Shown here one piece after another: positions 1-11,174 of a stretch of DNA of 64,000 nt. The notes below the pieces were generated by a model. That model did not search any database and was not told the origin of the DNA. It saw only the letters and a list, made by a program, of their open reading frames with translations. A program made the translations under genes and the position numbers. The DNA lies in the NCBI RefSeq assembly GCF_006345805.1, contig NC_043020.1, positions 4,216,001 through 4,280,000 of the forward strand, written 5' to 3'. The DNA is from Octopus sinensis. Lineage: Eukaryota. Positions within the stretch are counted from its first letter, which is position 1; each line of letters starts with the position of its first letter.

Positions 1-445
1 AAGAAGAGACCACTTTCTCGTACACACACGCTTCCATGCAATTTCTCCTAATTCCCCTCACAATGCATTGGCCAGATAAATTTAATGTAGTTGAACTATG
101 GTTTTTGAACCCTCTACTATCAAAATTAAACAGATCTAAGCATATTTTGTTATACTCTTCTCACACTAATAGATGGAAATTATACCAACATTTCATGATT
201 TGTCGATCACTTTTTAGATGATGAGTGTGTCCCCTTCTCTCTACTACCGATACAATCGCTATTTAAGTCAGTCACAAACCAGATCTTAACTGTAATGGCT
301 GAAGTAATTTGTATACATGTATTCATCAACAGTGTGTATAAATATAGACACCAACATACATTATAAAATGGCAAGTTGTGATAGAATGTTTTAAAGTATT
401 CATTTTGACTCTGCATTATAAGTTCAATTCCTGCCAAGATCATCT
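1..445 (-). mobile_element. Possible degraded L1-clade LINE endonuclease fragment
   Basis: Minus-strand frames give weak APE-like remnants (ILAG, YFSHYS*DLV, CWYNFHLLV*EEYNKI), broken by stops and frameshifts. The resemblance is weak. Confidence 0.3.
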
Positions 446-514
446 TAGCCTTTTATCCTATCGGGGTTGGGGAATTGCTGAGGTCGATTCTCCCCCGTGC
501 CCTATCTCTTACAC

Positions 515-1345
515 CAAGTAGGAAGTGGAAAATTGCAGAAAGGCTTACAAAAACGTAATCGGATTTAAGATCCAACAGTTCTGAGCAAATCATGATGGAG
601 AGAGGGCATATCAAAAAGCCTTCACCATCACCCTCGCCATTGTTGCAGAGTAGAGTTTTCAGGAATAAATATTCTACCCGAAAGTCATAAAAGAGAATGT
701 TTTAATGCTAGCCCTGACACCCAACCTGTAATTGACAACACACCATGGAATAAATTGGAGCAAGATCTTGACAGGGTTCTCGCAGCTATATTAGCTGGAC
801 CAATCGAAAAGACAATCAAATGTTGGAACACTTTGGCTTTGAAGAGATGAAGGACTGAATAGGACCACCAGGAAATTAATCCAGTAGAAGAGAAATTAAG
901 ACTCAATAAGCAATTTAAAAGAAATTTGTTGAAGGAAAAACATAAAAGATTTGACTGAAAACTTCGGTAACTGTAGCTGCTAAGAAGGGCATAGAGGTTG
1001 TCAGATTGAAGGAATTAGAAGACTAAGCGAACTCGGTTAAGAAATGGACCTACAGAAATTTACAAAAATGCTGCTGATAGTTTGACCAGCGCCAAGGGAC
1101 GTTATGGAAGAGTCCCTCAAAGTGATTTGAACTGAGACTCTTAGGGAGCAGATTTTAAGTGCACATTCGGAGGTTAGCAGAGATATTAAGGAATCAGCAA
1201 GACGTATAGAAAGCTTCATCAGCATCTGCCCCAGGACCACGTGCGACACCTTGCGAATCGTACAAAATATGCCTAATGCTACTCTGCAAACTGTAGAAAC
1301 TTTTGTGAAAGATGTAGACGGCACTAGACACCATCCCACCATGGC
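515..1345 (+). mobile_element. HERO/R2-superfamily non-LTR retrotransposon, decayed N-terminal fragment
   Basis: Plus-strand frames give, in the expected order: CRKAYKNVIGFKIQQ (zinc-finger-like), PWNKLEQDLDRVLAAILAGPIEKTIK, LLRRA, KFTKMLL, EQILSAHSEVSR and KASSASAPGPRATPCESYKICLMLLCKL*KLL (SAPGP motif before RT). Multiple stops and frameshifts. Confidence 0.75.
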
Positions 1346-1599
1346 CCTTTTCTTGACAGTGGTAAGGACCTGTCTTTTTACCTCTTTACTAAAAATTTTG
1401 TCCCTTCTCATTTTATCTTGAAGCCTCTGAATTCTAGATTGTTCTTCGAAATCTGAAATTGTATTCGTTAAATCTTCTACAGAAGCATGTCATTAACTTA
1501 CGGACGATCTTAACTCTTCTGTTATAGCCTGAAGGACTAAATAGAGCGGGGTGGGGGGTGAGAACTGGGCCTTCTATATGCAAGTTAGATTCGTTATTC

Positions 1600-2320
1600 T
1601 CCGTACATTTACGGCTCTCACAAGTTATTCGTTTTCATCGGGTCCATTATCAACCACCAAATGGCAGAAGGTCGATGACCTACTCTCGGTCGATGACTGC
1701 TAGATACAGGGGCTTACTCATAGTATTTCTCTTGAAGTCGTCTCACTGGGAAGATGGCATTAGCAGACCTTTCTGCTACAAAGCCACTCTGTATCATCTT
1801 GGTTAATTCTCTTCCAAATTAGTATTTGCTCATCAATAATGATGTGTCTGTTGTCTGTTGAATGCATTTCCTTTGTTCTTGTAGCACTTCACGATGATAC
1901 TTGTACATCAGACATTAGCTGTGACACATTCCTGCCCTCCCTGATTACAAGTAACACGCACGAGCCGTACATCCCGTCAACTCATTCTTCTTTGAACCTA
2001 TGACTAGTCGAAGCCTCTTTCAGTTTCCTTATCTTCCTACTTCAGATTGTCTCTCGTCTTTGTGTCTGTCCAGCTCTTATTCTCAAGTCGTTAATTATTT
2101 GTCTATATTTAATAACCCAGTCTTCAAAAGGAAACTACTTAGCCGCTACCTCGACCTTCCGCCCCGTTGTCTATTGAAAATTGAGTCTTATGGCTTGTTT
2201 GTTCACCTGTTTGGTAGATCATAAAGTGGCGAGCAGACTTCCCGAAGTTACGATTGAAAATTACTTGGTCTTTTTCCATCACCGAAGCCCACCAGCCACG
2301 ACCTCACCGTAGAGTCATCG
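1600..2320 (-). mobile_element. RTE-clade LINE reverse transcriptase fragment (decayed)
   Basis: Minus strand: SIIVKCYKNKGNAFNR, MIQSGFVAERSANAIFPVRRLQEKYYE, PLYLAVID, AIWW. These match RTE RT motifs (QFGF..GRST.DAIF.VRQLQEKY, PLY.AFVD). The upstream boundary is uncertain. Confidence 0.75.
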
Positions 2321-2353
2321 GGATATTATGGATTCATTATGTCCTCTAAAATA

Positions 2354-2581
2354 GGGCGGCAAGCTGGCAGAATCGTTAGCACGCCGGGTGAAATGCTTAG
2401 CGGTATTTCGTCTGCCGTTACGTTCTGAGTTCAAATTCCGCCGAGGTCGACTTTGCCTTTCATCCTTTCGGGGTCGATTAAATAAGTACCAATTACGCAC
2501 TGGGGCCGATGTTATCGACTTAATCCCTTTGTCCTTGTTTGTCCCTTCTATGTTTAGCCCCCTGTGGGCAATAAAGAAATA
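2354..2581 (+). mobile_element. tRNA-derived SINE family A (head GGCGGCGAGCTGGCAGAA), tail type 1
   Basis: A-box/B-box-like head (TGGCAGAATCG..., GAGTTCAAATTCC), GCCTTTCATCCTTTCGGGGTCGAT core, ends GTGGGCAATAAAGAAATA. Many copies in the window. Confidence 0.9.
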
Positions 2582-2707
2582 TGTCCATTAAAATTACCCG
2601 CTGTGGTTATGATATCCCATTCTTTGTTAACGAGGTCGTCTGCAGGAGGGCCTCAAAGAAGCGCTCCTTCTGTTTATCTGCCAGCTTTCATTGTTATACC
2701 GAGCTTT

Positions 2708-2849
2708 CAGTTTCCGTCTACCAAATCCACTCAAGGCTATATTCGGCCTGAGGCTATAATGGAAGACACTTGCCCAAGGTGCCATGCAGTGGGACTGAAC
2801 CCGGAACCATGTGGGTGGGAAACATGGTGCTTACCACACAGCTACGCCT
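2708..2849 (-). mobile_element. SINE family D (head GGCGTGGCTGTGTGGTAAG, CORE-like body), 5' part
   Basis: Matches copies at 19131, 23885, 36164 and 46145; contains GGCACCTTGGGCAAGTGTCTT. Confidence 0.85.
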
Positions 2850-2870
2850 CTCTCTCTCTCTTTCTTTCTG

Positions 2871-2946
<76 letters not shown>

Positions 2947-3282
2947 CCTCTCGTTCTCTCAAGAAATAACTGAAATCAAAACTAGAAACGAGAGACATTC
3001 TCAAACTGGAAGTACGTAAAATAGAAAAAGAAGCTGCATCCATTGCAGCATTCATCAGGAATGTTAATGCGCATGCGCCAAGCCAGTCTCGCAACCGTCG
3101 TCGCCACCGCCTCCCACCTCTTGTTAATCTCGTCTCTAACATAATGACTTTTGACAAATGTGACGTTTACGATGTGTCACTTCTTTGTTCTTGGTTGGAG
3201 ACATTTGTTGGAGTAAATTTCAAGTGGAAAGCTTCTAGCATCTCTTTCATCTTTTTATCATCACTGCTTCACGCTGGACAAG

Positions 3283-3315
<33 letters not shown>

Positions 3316-4078
3316 TTTCCCTCTCTCTCTCTATCAGCCACGCTTACCCCTTCTTATTCATCTCTCTCTCCCCTCCCACTATCACTCTCCTGCGTGTATT
3401 CGTTTTTTTTGTAATACTTCATTTCGTTAAGTGATTGTAAAACAACAGTAAAAATAACGATAACGGTTCTAAAACCGTTTTCTTGGACAATGCCTTTAAT
3501 TATGATTATGTCACCTCTCCTCCATCGTCAGTTCTTGGCTGGTTCTTTATTGTACCGATCCGAAAAGAAAAATGCAAATTCGTTTCTGGTGTGATCTAAA
3601 CTTTGAAGTGTAGAAAGGCGAAACCAAATACTAATTTTACACAGATTTAGGGTGCAGAGTACAGTAGCTTAGACTGAGCTCCACCCACCTACCCATGGAT
3701 CGATGACGAGATTTGAACTCAGAACGGTGACGAAACTACTGCAAAGTATTGTTTTGTTCAGTGTTTCTCCACTCCCATTGATGCTCCATTGCCTTTGAAT
3801 GGGGGGGGGGGAGATTCATTTTAATCGTCTCTAACTTGAGTCTAAAGTCAGATATCTGAGAAGAGGGCGACGGACTTGTCAATTAAAGTCAACCTCGGTG
3901 CATAATTGGTATTTCAATGACTCCGGGAAGATGAAAGGCTAAGTCGACTTCGGCGGGAGTTCTTCTCAGAATCTAAAGAAAGAGAGAGAGAGAGAGGAAA
4001 TACCGCAAGGTGTTTTGTCCAATCACAAAGGTTTAGAATTTATATATTACGTTAAAAGGGGGCGGTTGTCGTACAAGT

Positions 4079-4390
4079 GGAGGCACATGGCCTAGTGGTT
4101 AGAGCAGCGAACTCGCGGTCGAGGGATCGCGGGTTCGAATCTAAGACCGGGCGATGTGTGTGTGTTTATGAGCGAAACACCTAAGCTCCACGCGGCTCCG
4201 GCAGAAGGTAATGGCGAACTTCTGCTGACTCTTTCGCCACAACTTTCTCTCACTCTTTCCTCCTGCATCTTGCAGCTCATCTGCGAGGGACCGGCGTCCC
4301 GTCTAGGTGGGGAGCCTATACGCCAAGGAAACCGGGAAACCGGCCCTTATGGGCCAGACATGGCTCAAGAAAGAACAAACAAAGAAGGAA
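4079..4390 (+). mobile_element. SINE family C (head GGAGGCACATGGCCTAGTGGTTAG), full length with TSD
   Basis: tRNA-like head with GGTTCGAATC B box. Flanked by a 14-bp target-site duplication with one mismatch: GGTTGTCGTACAAG (4064-4077) and GGTTGACGTACAAG (4391-4404). Confidence 0.9.
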
Positions 4391-4419
4391 GGTTGACGTA
4401 CAAGAAAGAAGTGGGACAG

Positions 4420-4950
4420 GGCTAGGTCGTTGTACAATGAGCATTTTGGTGTTTCTGCCCCTACGATGGAATAAAGCTCCGGAATGATCCGTCTATCTCA
4501 AGGGATCATAAGAATGCTGGCCCCACTTATCGTTCCCTGTTACTCCCCTCCACCCATGTTGCATTACAAAAGGGACGGCGCATAAGGCAGTCAGTATCAC
4601 TCCCATCAACCCTGCCTGTCACGCTTGTATTGACCCGTCGCCTGCAGTACAAGCCTATGTCTGCGTATTAACTTCACTATTTCTCCTTGCCATTCTCCTT
4701 GAGTTCGGTGCTGAAAAGCAAGCATACTCTACCGAAAATCCTTCAGCACCCAATGACCAGCAGATTACTCCATACACCTGCCGGGTCCTCCTTCATGTCA
4801 TCCTTTGGTGGCAAAATGCATCCCTATCTCTACTCGAGGCAGAATTATGGTTTGACTTTCTCCCTGTCCATTCTTGGACAAATTTTTCCAACACAGACTT
4901 CCCATAACCAAACTTGCTTCCCTGACTAGACCTTATCCACATTTCCCTCC
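4420..4950 (-). mobile_element. L1/Tx1-like LINE 3' fragment (old)
   Basis: Minus strand RRRVNTSVTGRVDGSDT resembles the C-terminus of the Tx1-like copy at 54130-54960. Heavily decayed. Confidence 0.4.
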
Positions 4951-5990
4951 TTGTATTTAGTATTTGTAAAGTTGTTATTGAGTCCTTGTTGCTATTTCCG
5001 TTGTTGTTGAGTCGTCAAAATCGCTCTTATTTGCATCAAAAACTAGAAATATCATAAGAGATCTTTTAAAATGTTTTGTGCTTTATTTTGCAGTATTTTT
5101 TTCTTCGTTTTCTTTTTTGTGTGTTTTGTGCATCAGTAAAAACTTTTCGAAGAGCGGGGGTTATTTCTCAGGAACATATCGTATGGACGGTCAACTTACA
5201 TTGAATAAATAGGTCCCTTCTTCTCCCTTTCAAACTTAAGTGGAAAAATATTAATAACAAAACTGGTCACCTGTGAAACAAGTCAGGTGAATTGACAGGA
5301 AAAAAGTCGATTTGAGGGAGGGAGAGGTTCACAAAAAAAAAACATAATAATAATCCGGAATTGAAACTTGTAAAGCAATGTTGACACCGTAAAATAGGAC
5401 GACGACGACGATTTCTTTATTAGCGACAAAGAACTCGCACGGACAATGCGCTGAACATTAAAACTTAGCGATTTCAATACATTTGGAGGTGGACAAACTG
5501 AATTCTATAAAAATGGAGAAACGGTAAAAATGATATTAAATAAAACAGACTAAAGAAAATTAATGAAATACAATGTAAAGATAAAAATATTAACACCCAA
5601 TAATTAAAACAACCTTTAATATTGTGATGTACAAGAAAAACATTTGGGGGTCACTTCCCCTGCCCCCACACGGGTGAGAGCCCAGTGGTTAAGTTGGCTC
5701 AGAACACCCATCACACCCCATGACAACGCTGTGCTTCTTTCTGTTCAAGGACATGTTCGAGTGACTGAGGAGAATCCTTTGACGCTCAGATTCTGATTAT
5801 GAAATGTGAGTTCGATTCCTGTAATGGGTGTCACATTAAGCTTTAACAGGGCCTATCATTTCGTGTTGCTTCATTCTTCGCAGCCAAGCGCTGGTGCAAC
5901 CCTGAGTCTTTCCTGGATATTCCGTTGAGTCAACCATGGAACGACTCAAAGAGATCCAACGGGTTCCACCCACCCCCCCACACACACACA

Positions 5991-6279
5991 TATGGCTTAG
6001 TGGTTAGGGCAATCGGCTCACGATCGCAAGGTCATGAGTTCGATTCCCGGCGATGCGTTGTGTCCTTGAGCAAGACACTTTATTTCACATTGCTCCAGTC
6101 TACTCAGCTGGCAAAAATGAGTTGTACCTGTATTTCAAAGGGTCGGCCTTGTCACGCTGAGCCTCCCTGAGAATTACGTTAGGGGTTCACGTGTCTGTGG
6201 ATTGTTCAGCCACTTGCACGTTAAGTTCACGAACAAGCTGTTCCGTTGATCGCATCAGCTGAGACACTCGTCGTCGTAC
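5991..6279 (+). mobile_element. SINE family B (TGGCTTAGTGGTTAGGG head, CORE-like body)
   Basis: tRNA-like head with GAGTTCGATTCC, then GTGTCCTTGAGCAAGACACTTTATTTCAC. Second copy at 22948. Confidence 0.88.
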
Positions 6280-7802
6280 ACACACACACATGCACACACA
6301 CACACACACACACAGATAACAAAAAGAAAACCTTTGCTGCAGCGTATCTAATTGGTGCTCTAAATGAGCGAGATATAACATAAATCAAAGTGTAGGTCAG
6401 ATTCCTTTATCGTGGGAATACAAAATACATTAAAAAATTCATCGAAATATTTGGTTTCAAGCGCTCCAATATTACAATCCAAACAAAAGCAGTTTTTACA
6501 AAATTTTATGATTGTTTCGGAGAATGCGTTTGTATTGAGCGAATTTTCCAGCCAATACAAATAGTCGCATTTCCCACATCAGAGGTACTGAAAATCGATT
6601 AAAATAGTCTTAAAATTTGAGAAAGTTTAAAATATCTCCTACTCACATAACTTGAAATCATCGAATAATGTTATAGTCTTTTTTTTAAAAAAAAAAAAAG
6701 TTCGCAAGGATATAGAAAAAAGCTTTGTGAAATAAAAAAAAACGTTTGTGCGAATGAAAATAAAAATATTTGTCAAAATAAAATGATGGGTGCTATATCT
6801 GATAAGAGAAAGGAATGAAGACTGAAATATTCAAATATGAATGCGAAGCAGTCCTGGGGATATAAACAATGAACAGAAAGTATGTGTTTTGTCTGTTTGT
6901 GGGCAGGCTTCAATTGTAGGCGTAAGAGAGTATATGTCTCATGAATCCGCCTGATATTAAAACACTTGCAAGTCATAGACGAATGATATAACTTGCATCA
7001 GGTCCTACTACAGGAGCGATAGGCATTAATGCTTCGTCATGTTTGTGACTCGTCAATACCGCAAACCCTAAACGAGGCCAGATGCAAGCTAAATCGACTC
7101 CTGTGACTAATGCAAAACGGTGTAAGAAGCATTTGCCGGTATGTCCCAATGTTTCATATCGTATGTGTTCGATATTGTTGAAACGCAGCAGAAATAGTGT
7201 TTCTCTAACATTAAACTATTTACTGAACTGTTAATAGTATTTTAGACATTAAATTAGCACATTTTGTAATAAATTAGGAATCGTTTAGTTGGTAGATGTA
7301 ATAGTTAACATTTACGGCATCTGTCTGCGAAGGAACTGCCTTTCGTGTCTATTCAGACGATACATCCCTTTTATCTGACACCACTTATTCTGCACTACGT
7401 CCTTACCAAACAAACTACACTACACCTATACTTTAGATATATATACCACACTACAATGCACCGCATCGCTATCGCTGCTGTTCAATATGGTCACTGTTAT
7501 TGTGCTGTGTCTGGGCGATAATATCTGACTCTGGCAACAAAACAGTTTGGGGCGATGAGAGAAACATCAGTCGACCATCACAAATATTCACAGCTGAGAT
7601 GACGTCACAAGTTACAAAATCTCTGAAGGAAGACAAGGAATTGAGAGACAGACAGAAGGCACACGCCGCGCACATGCACTTTGTTCGGCTGTAATAAGTG
7701 ATTTAAAGGCCGAAAGTTTCGTTCATGACATTTGTGATGCGCGAAGTTCTCTGCTCTTGACTTACGTAACCTTACAACTGAATTATAAATCGTTCTCTGC
7801 AT

Positions 7803-8020
7803 ATAAGAGAATGTACTGAAAAGTTCCTGGTTTGGGGTAAAATAAAATACAAGTGAATCAATTATGATTTTATTCAACACATTCCCTTCTCAGGTTCACA
7901 CACTTATTTTTTCTTCAGTTTTTCTAAAGCTCTGTAAAAGAATTCGGATTGTTGGGCCTTCAACCAGGCCTTTCGCGAGCGACACCCTTAAAGTCAAGAA
8001 CTTTTCGACACTCATTCGTA
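7803..8020. mobile_element. Mariner-type MITE, copy 1
   Basis: Imperfect TIRs (CTGAAAAGTTCCTGG / CAAGAACTTTTCGAC). The interior is homologous to 60666-60884. Confidence 0.75.
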
Positions 8021-8924
8021 TTTTATATATGACATTAGACGTGCGAATGTTAAATGTAACATTGCAACATATTCCAGCCAATATATTTATTCGTTAAGTA
8101 TAATATGTATATATATTGGATAAGAGAGAGAGATTAAAGATGGGCAGTATAACGAGTGAAACATGGAAATTGTGAGAGAATCAGATATTCGAAAGTTGAG
8201 GATGAAGAGGGTTGATGGCAAAGGTGAAGACTGAAAGAAAATAGTGGACAGGAAGACAAAGTAGAGAATGAGAAAATATTGAGCTTGAAGCAGAGATGAG
8301 AAATAGTAAGCTAAGGAGAAAAATGAGAGGAAGAAGAAGGAAAAGAAGAGAAGTCATGAAGTAGAGACGAAAAAACATAGAGGGAAGATAGGCATAAAAG
8401 TAAACAGGAGAGAGATGGAGAGAGAGAGAGAGAGAGAGAGAGCGAAAGAAGTCAAAGAGACATTGAGCTCTGTGTAGAGGAAATGAAGCATTTACCGATT
8501 TGATGAAATGATCTAACCGGAAGTAGTTAGCTAGTCATTTGTCAGACGACACTATAAAGAAGCAGCAGACATTTTATCAAACGAACATGTGTAAATTTAA
8601 CGAAAATCATTCTTTCATCTTTCCCTTTGTGTATTACTGCCTCTGTGTGTGTGTGTTTGGGTATACTCATATCAATAATAGTGATAATGATAACAACTAC
8701 TACTACGATTATTACTCCCATAAAAATGACCAAAATTCGTGAAATGATTTCGACGTCTGCTAATATAATCAGTTTGACAGTTTCGTTCAGACATATTTCC
8801 TTAGAAATCTTTTTCATCTTTTTTTTTCTACTTTGTTTTTGTCTATCTATCTATCTATGTCTGTCTGTCTGTCTGCCCACTTGTCTGTCTGTCTGTCTAT
8901 CTGTCTATCTATCTGTCTATCTAC

Positions 8925-8957
<33 letters not shown>

Positions 8958-8964
8958 CTCTCTC

Positions 8965-9058
<94 letters not shown>

Positions 9059-9173
9059 AATTTATGTATATAAGGATAAGATCGTTATTTAAAATATTGA
9101 TCATATCAAGTGGTTAGCATGGGAATAAAAACCTCATGGGTAATGATTATTATTAAAATTATAATGAAGGATA

Positions 9174-9266
9174 TCTAAAAGATACCACCATGCTAGACAT
9201 AGCAGCCCAAACTTCACTGTGGTTTTAGAGTCAAGTTTTGGCTGCTGCATGGTGGTATCTTTTAGA
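9174..9266. repeat. Short inverted repeat / hairpin
   Basis: TCTAAAAGATACCACCATGC...AGCAGCCCAAACTT pairs with AAGTTTTGGCTGCTGCATGGTGGTATCTTTTAGA. Confidence 0.8.
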
Positions 9267-9308
9267 GGCCCTTAATTATAATATAGATAGATATGTAGAT
9301 ATTCTTGT

Positions 9309-9610
9309 ATTCTTTTATTTGTTTCAGTCATCTGATTGCGGCCATGCTGGAGCACCGCCTTTAGTCGAGTAAATCGACCCCATGTTTTATTCTTTGTAAG
9401 CCTAATACTTATTCTATCGGTCTCTTTTGCCTAACCGCTAAGTTACGGAGACGTAAACACACCAGCATCGGTTGTCAAGCGGTGTTGGGGGGACAAAACC
9501 ACACACACACACACACACACGCACACATATATATGTATATATACGACGGACTTCTTTCAGTTTCCGTCTACCAAATCCACTCAGAAGGCTTTGGTCGGCC
9601 CGAGGCTATC
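9309..9610 (-). mobile_element. SINE family D, head-truncated, with internal (CA)n/(TA)n
   Basis: GCGGCCATGCTGGAGCACCGCC and CAGTTTCCGTCTACCAAATCCACTCA blocks. Confidence 0.85.
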
Positions 9611-9755
9611 TTTATATCCGTATATTGTTCTATTTATCTGTCTGTCTGTCGTACTCTCAATGTAAACTGCCAGCCAAACAAGCATCACACATACATCACA
9701 CACGTGTGTGGAGGGTGTAATTGTGTGTGCGTGTGCGCAAAAACCAGACAGCAAG

Positions 9756-9802
<47 letters not shown>

Positions 9803-10875
9803 ATATGTATATATAAGATAGACAGATAGATAGATGGGTTAGAAGAGAAGGGAAAAGGAAATGTGAGAGGAAACAGCAAAAGAAAGGGAAAGAGGAATGG
9901 TGGCACAGAGAGTGAGAGTGACTGGAAGAAAGTGAGATAGAAGAAAGGTAGTCAAAGGAACAGACCGGGGGAGGGGAGAGAGAGAGAGAGTGTGTGTGTT
10001 CTACATTAGTGGAACATAAGAATTAATAATGTTGTAAAATTAAAACTGACATTTTAGTTATGAAAAAATAGATGTGCATGGGTGTGTGTGTGTGAAAGGG
10101 TATACAGGCGGTTGGTTTAATGAATACCATGTCTGAATGAATAAATTTGTATTCTCAAAGAACTCCATGTAGCGCTTTCATTTCTGTTCACGATATTCAA
10201 ACGAGTCAGCACATTTCCGCTTCTCCATCACAGGGTCCGTTCAAAGAAATCTCATCGACCGTTGCCGAAGATCTGTTCTACTGTTTGCTTAAAAACATTT
10301 TTAGTTCTCAAAAAGGTATCCTACTGAATGTAGCTTAATAATACGAAACATCTCGAAGCTGCCTGAAGCCGGATGCAAGCTATACGACGGATTGTAAGAG
10401 AACAGCGAAGCCAGTGGCTTCAGTAACAGACACAAAGACACGAGCTGTGTGTATGAAGGAACTGGTGGGAAAGATATTAAAGTAACATGTTTCTACGATC
10501 TCGTCTTTTTCTCCTGTCCCCCCCCCTAAAACCTTTAGTGATGTTTACATTCAATCTGATGGTTTAATCAGCAACCCGAACAAGATTACAAACACACTGA
10601 CCATCCCCAAAGAAAGGAAAAACTTCATTGATCTTCTCTGTATCTTGGCTTTTCTTCGGACGATGTTTACAGGCTGGATGATAAGGAGGTAGTTTCATGA
10701 TAGCGTCAAATTTGAAATTCCTACACTGTGGGTGAGATAAAGTACTTCAGGGTACTTTAACACAATCACGGCAGTTCAAACAGTTCAGTTCCAGTATTTC
10801 GGCAGTAAAAATGGCCAACATCTTTCATGAAATTTTCCACTCTGTTTATAACAATAATTGAAAGTTATTTTAAAA

Positions 10876-10891
10876 GTCACGTGACACCAAT
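10876..10891. promoter_or_regulatory. Candidate E-box + CCAAT composite site
   Basis: Perfect palindrome GTCACGTGAC followed after 1 nt by CCAAT. A similar composite lies at 30721-30733. Confidence 0.25.
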
Positions 10892-11100
10892 TTATCGCTT
10901 TTCTGTTGCAGATTTTACTGAAGAATTCTTGAGAGTTTCGCGAAAATCTTGAGAGCAGCTCGATTTTACTTCATCAGTTGTAGACTTTCTACCATTTTTG
11001 AATTCCCGAACCCCGTATTTCTCAGTAATCCATGGTATAGTTTTATTTCTGTCAGTCGCAGCAGTTCTACATAGATCTCTCTCGTTTCTACATGTGTGTG

Positions 11101-11174
<74 letters not shown>

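Noticed and set aside
2970-3434. 155-codon open frame including a GCGCATGCGC (NRF1-like) motif
   Set aside because: No ATG until 3144, no recognisable domain, and the second half is microsatellite-derived. No splice support.
6989-7094. Imperfect 16-bp stem (TAACTTGCATCAGGTC / GGCCAGATGCAAGCTA) as a miRNA candidate
   Set aside because: The loop of about 65 nt and short stem do not fit a pre-miRNA.
10905-10985. Minus-strand CUGAUGA...GAAAC...GUA hammerhead-like match
   Set aside because: Stem I cannot form (CAA opposite AAA) and stem III is poor. Local short duplications explain the pattern.
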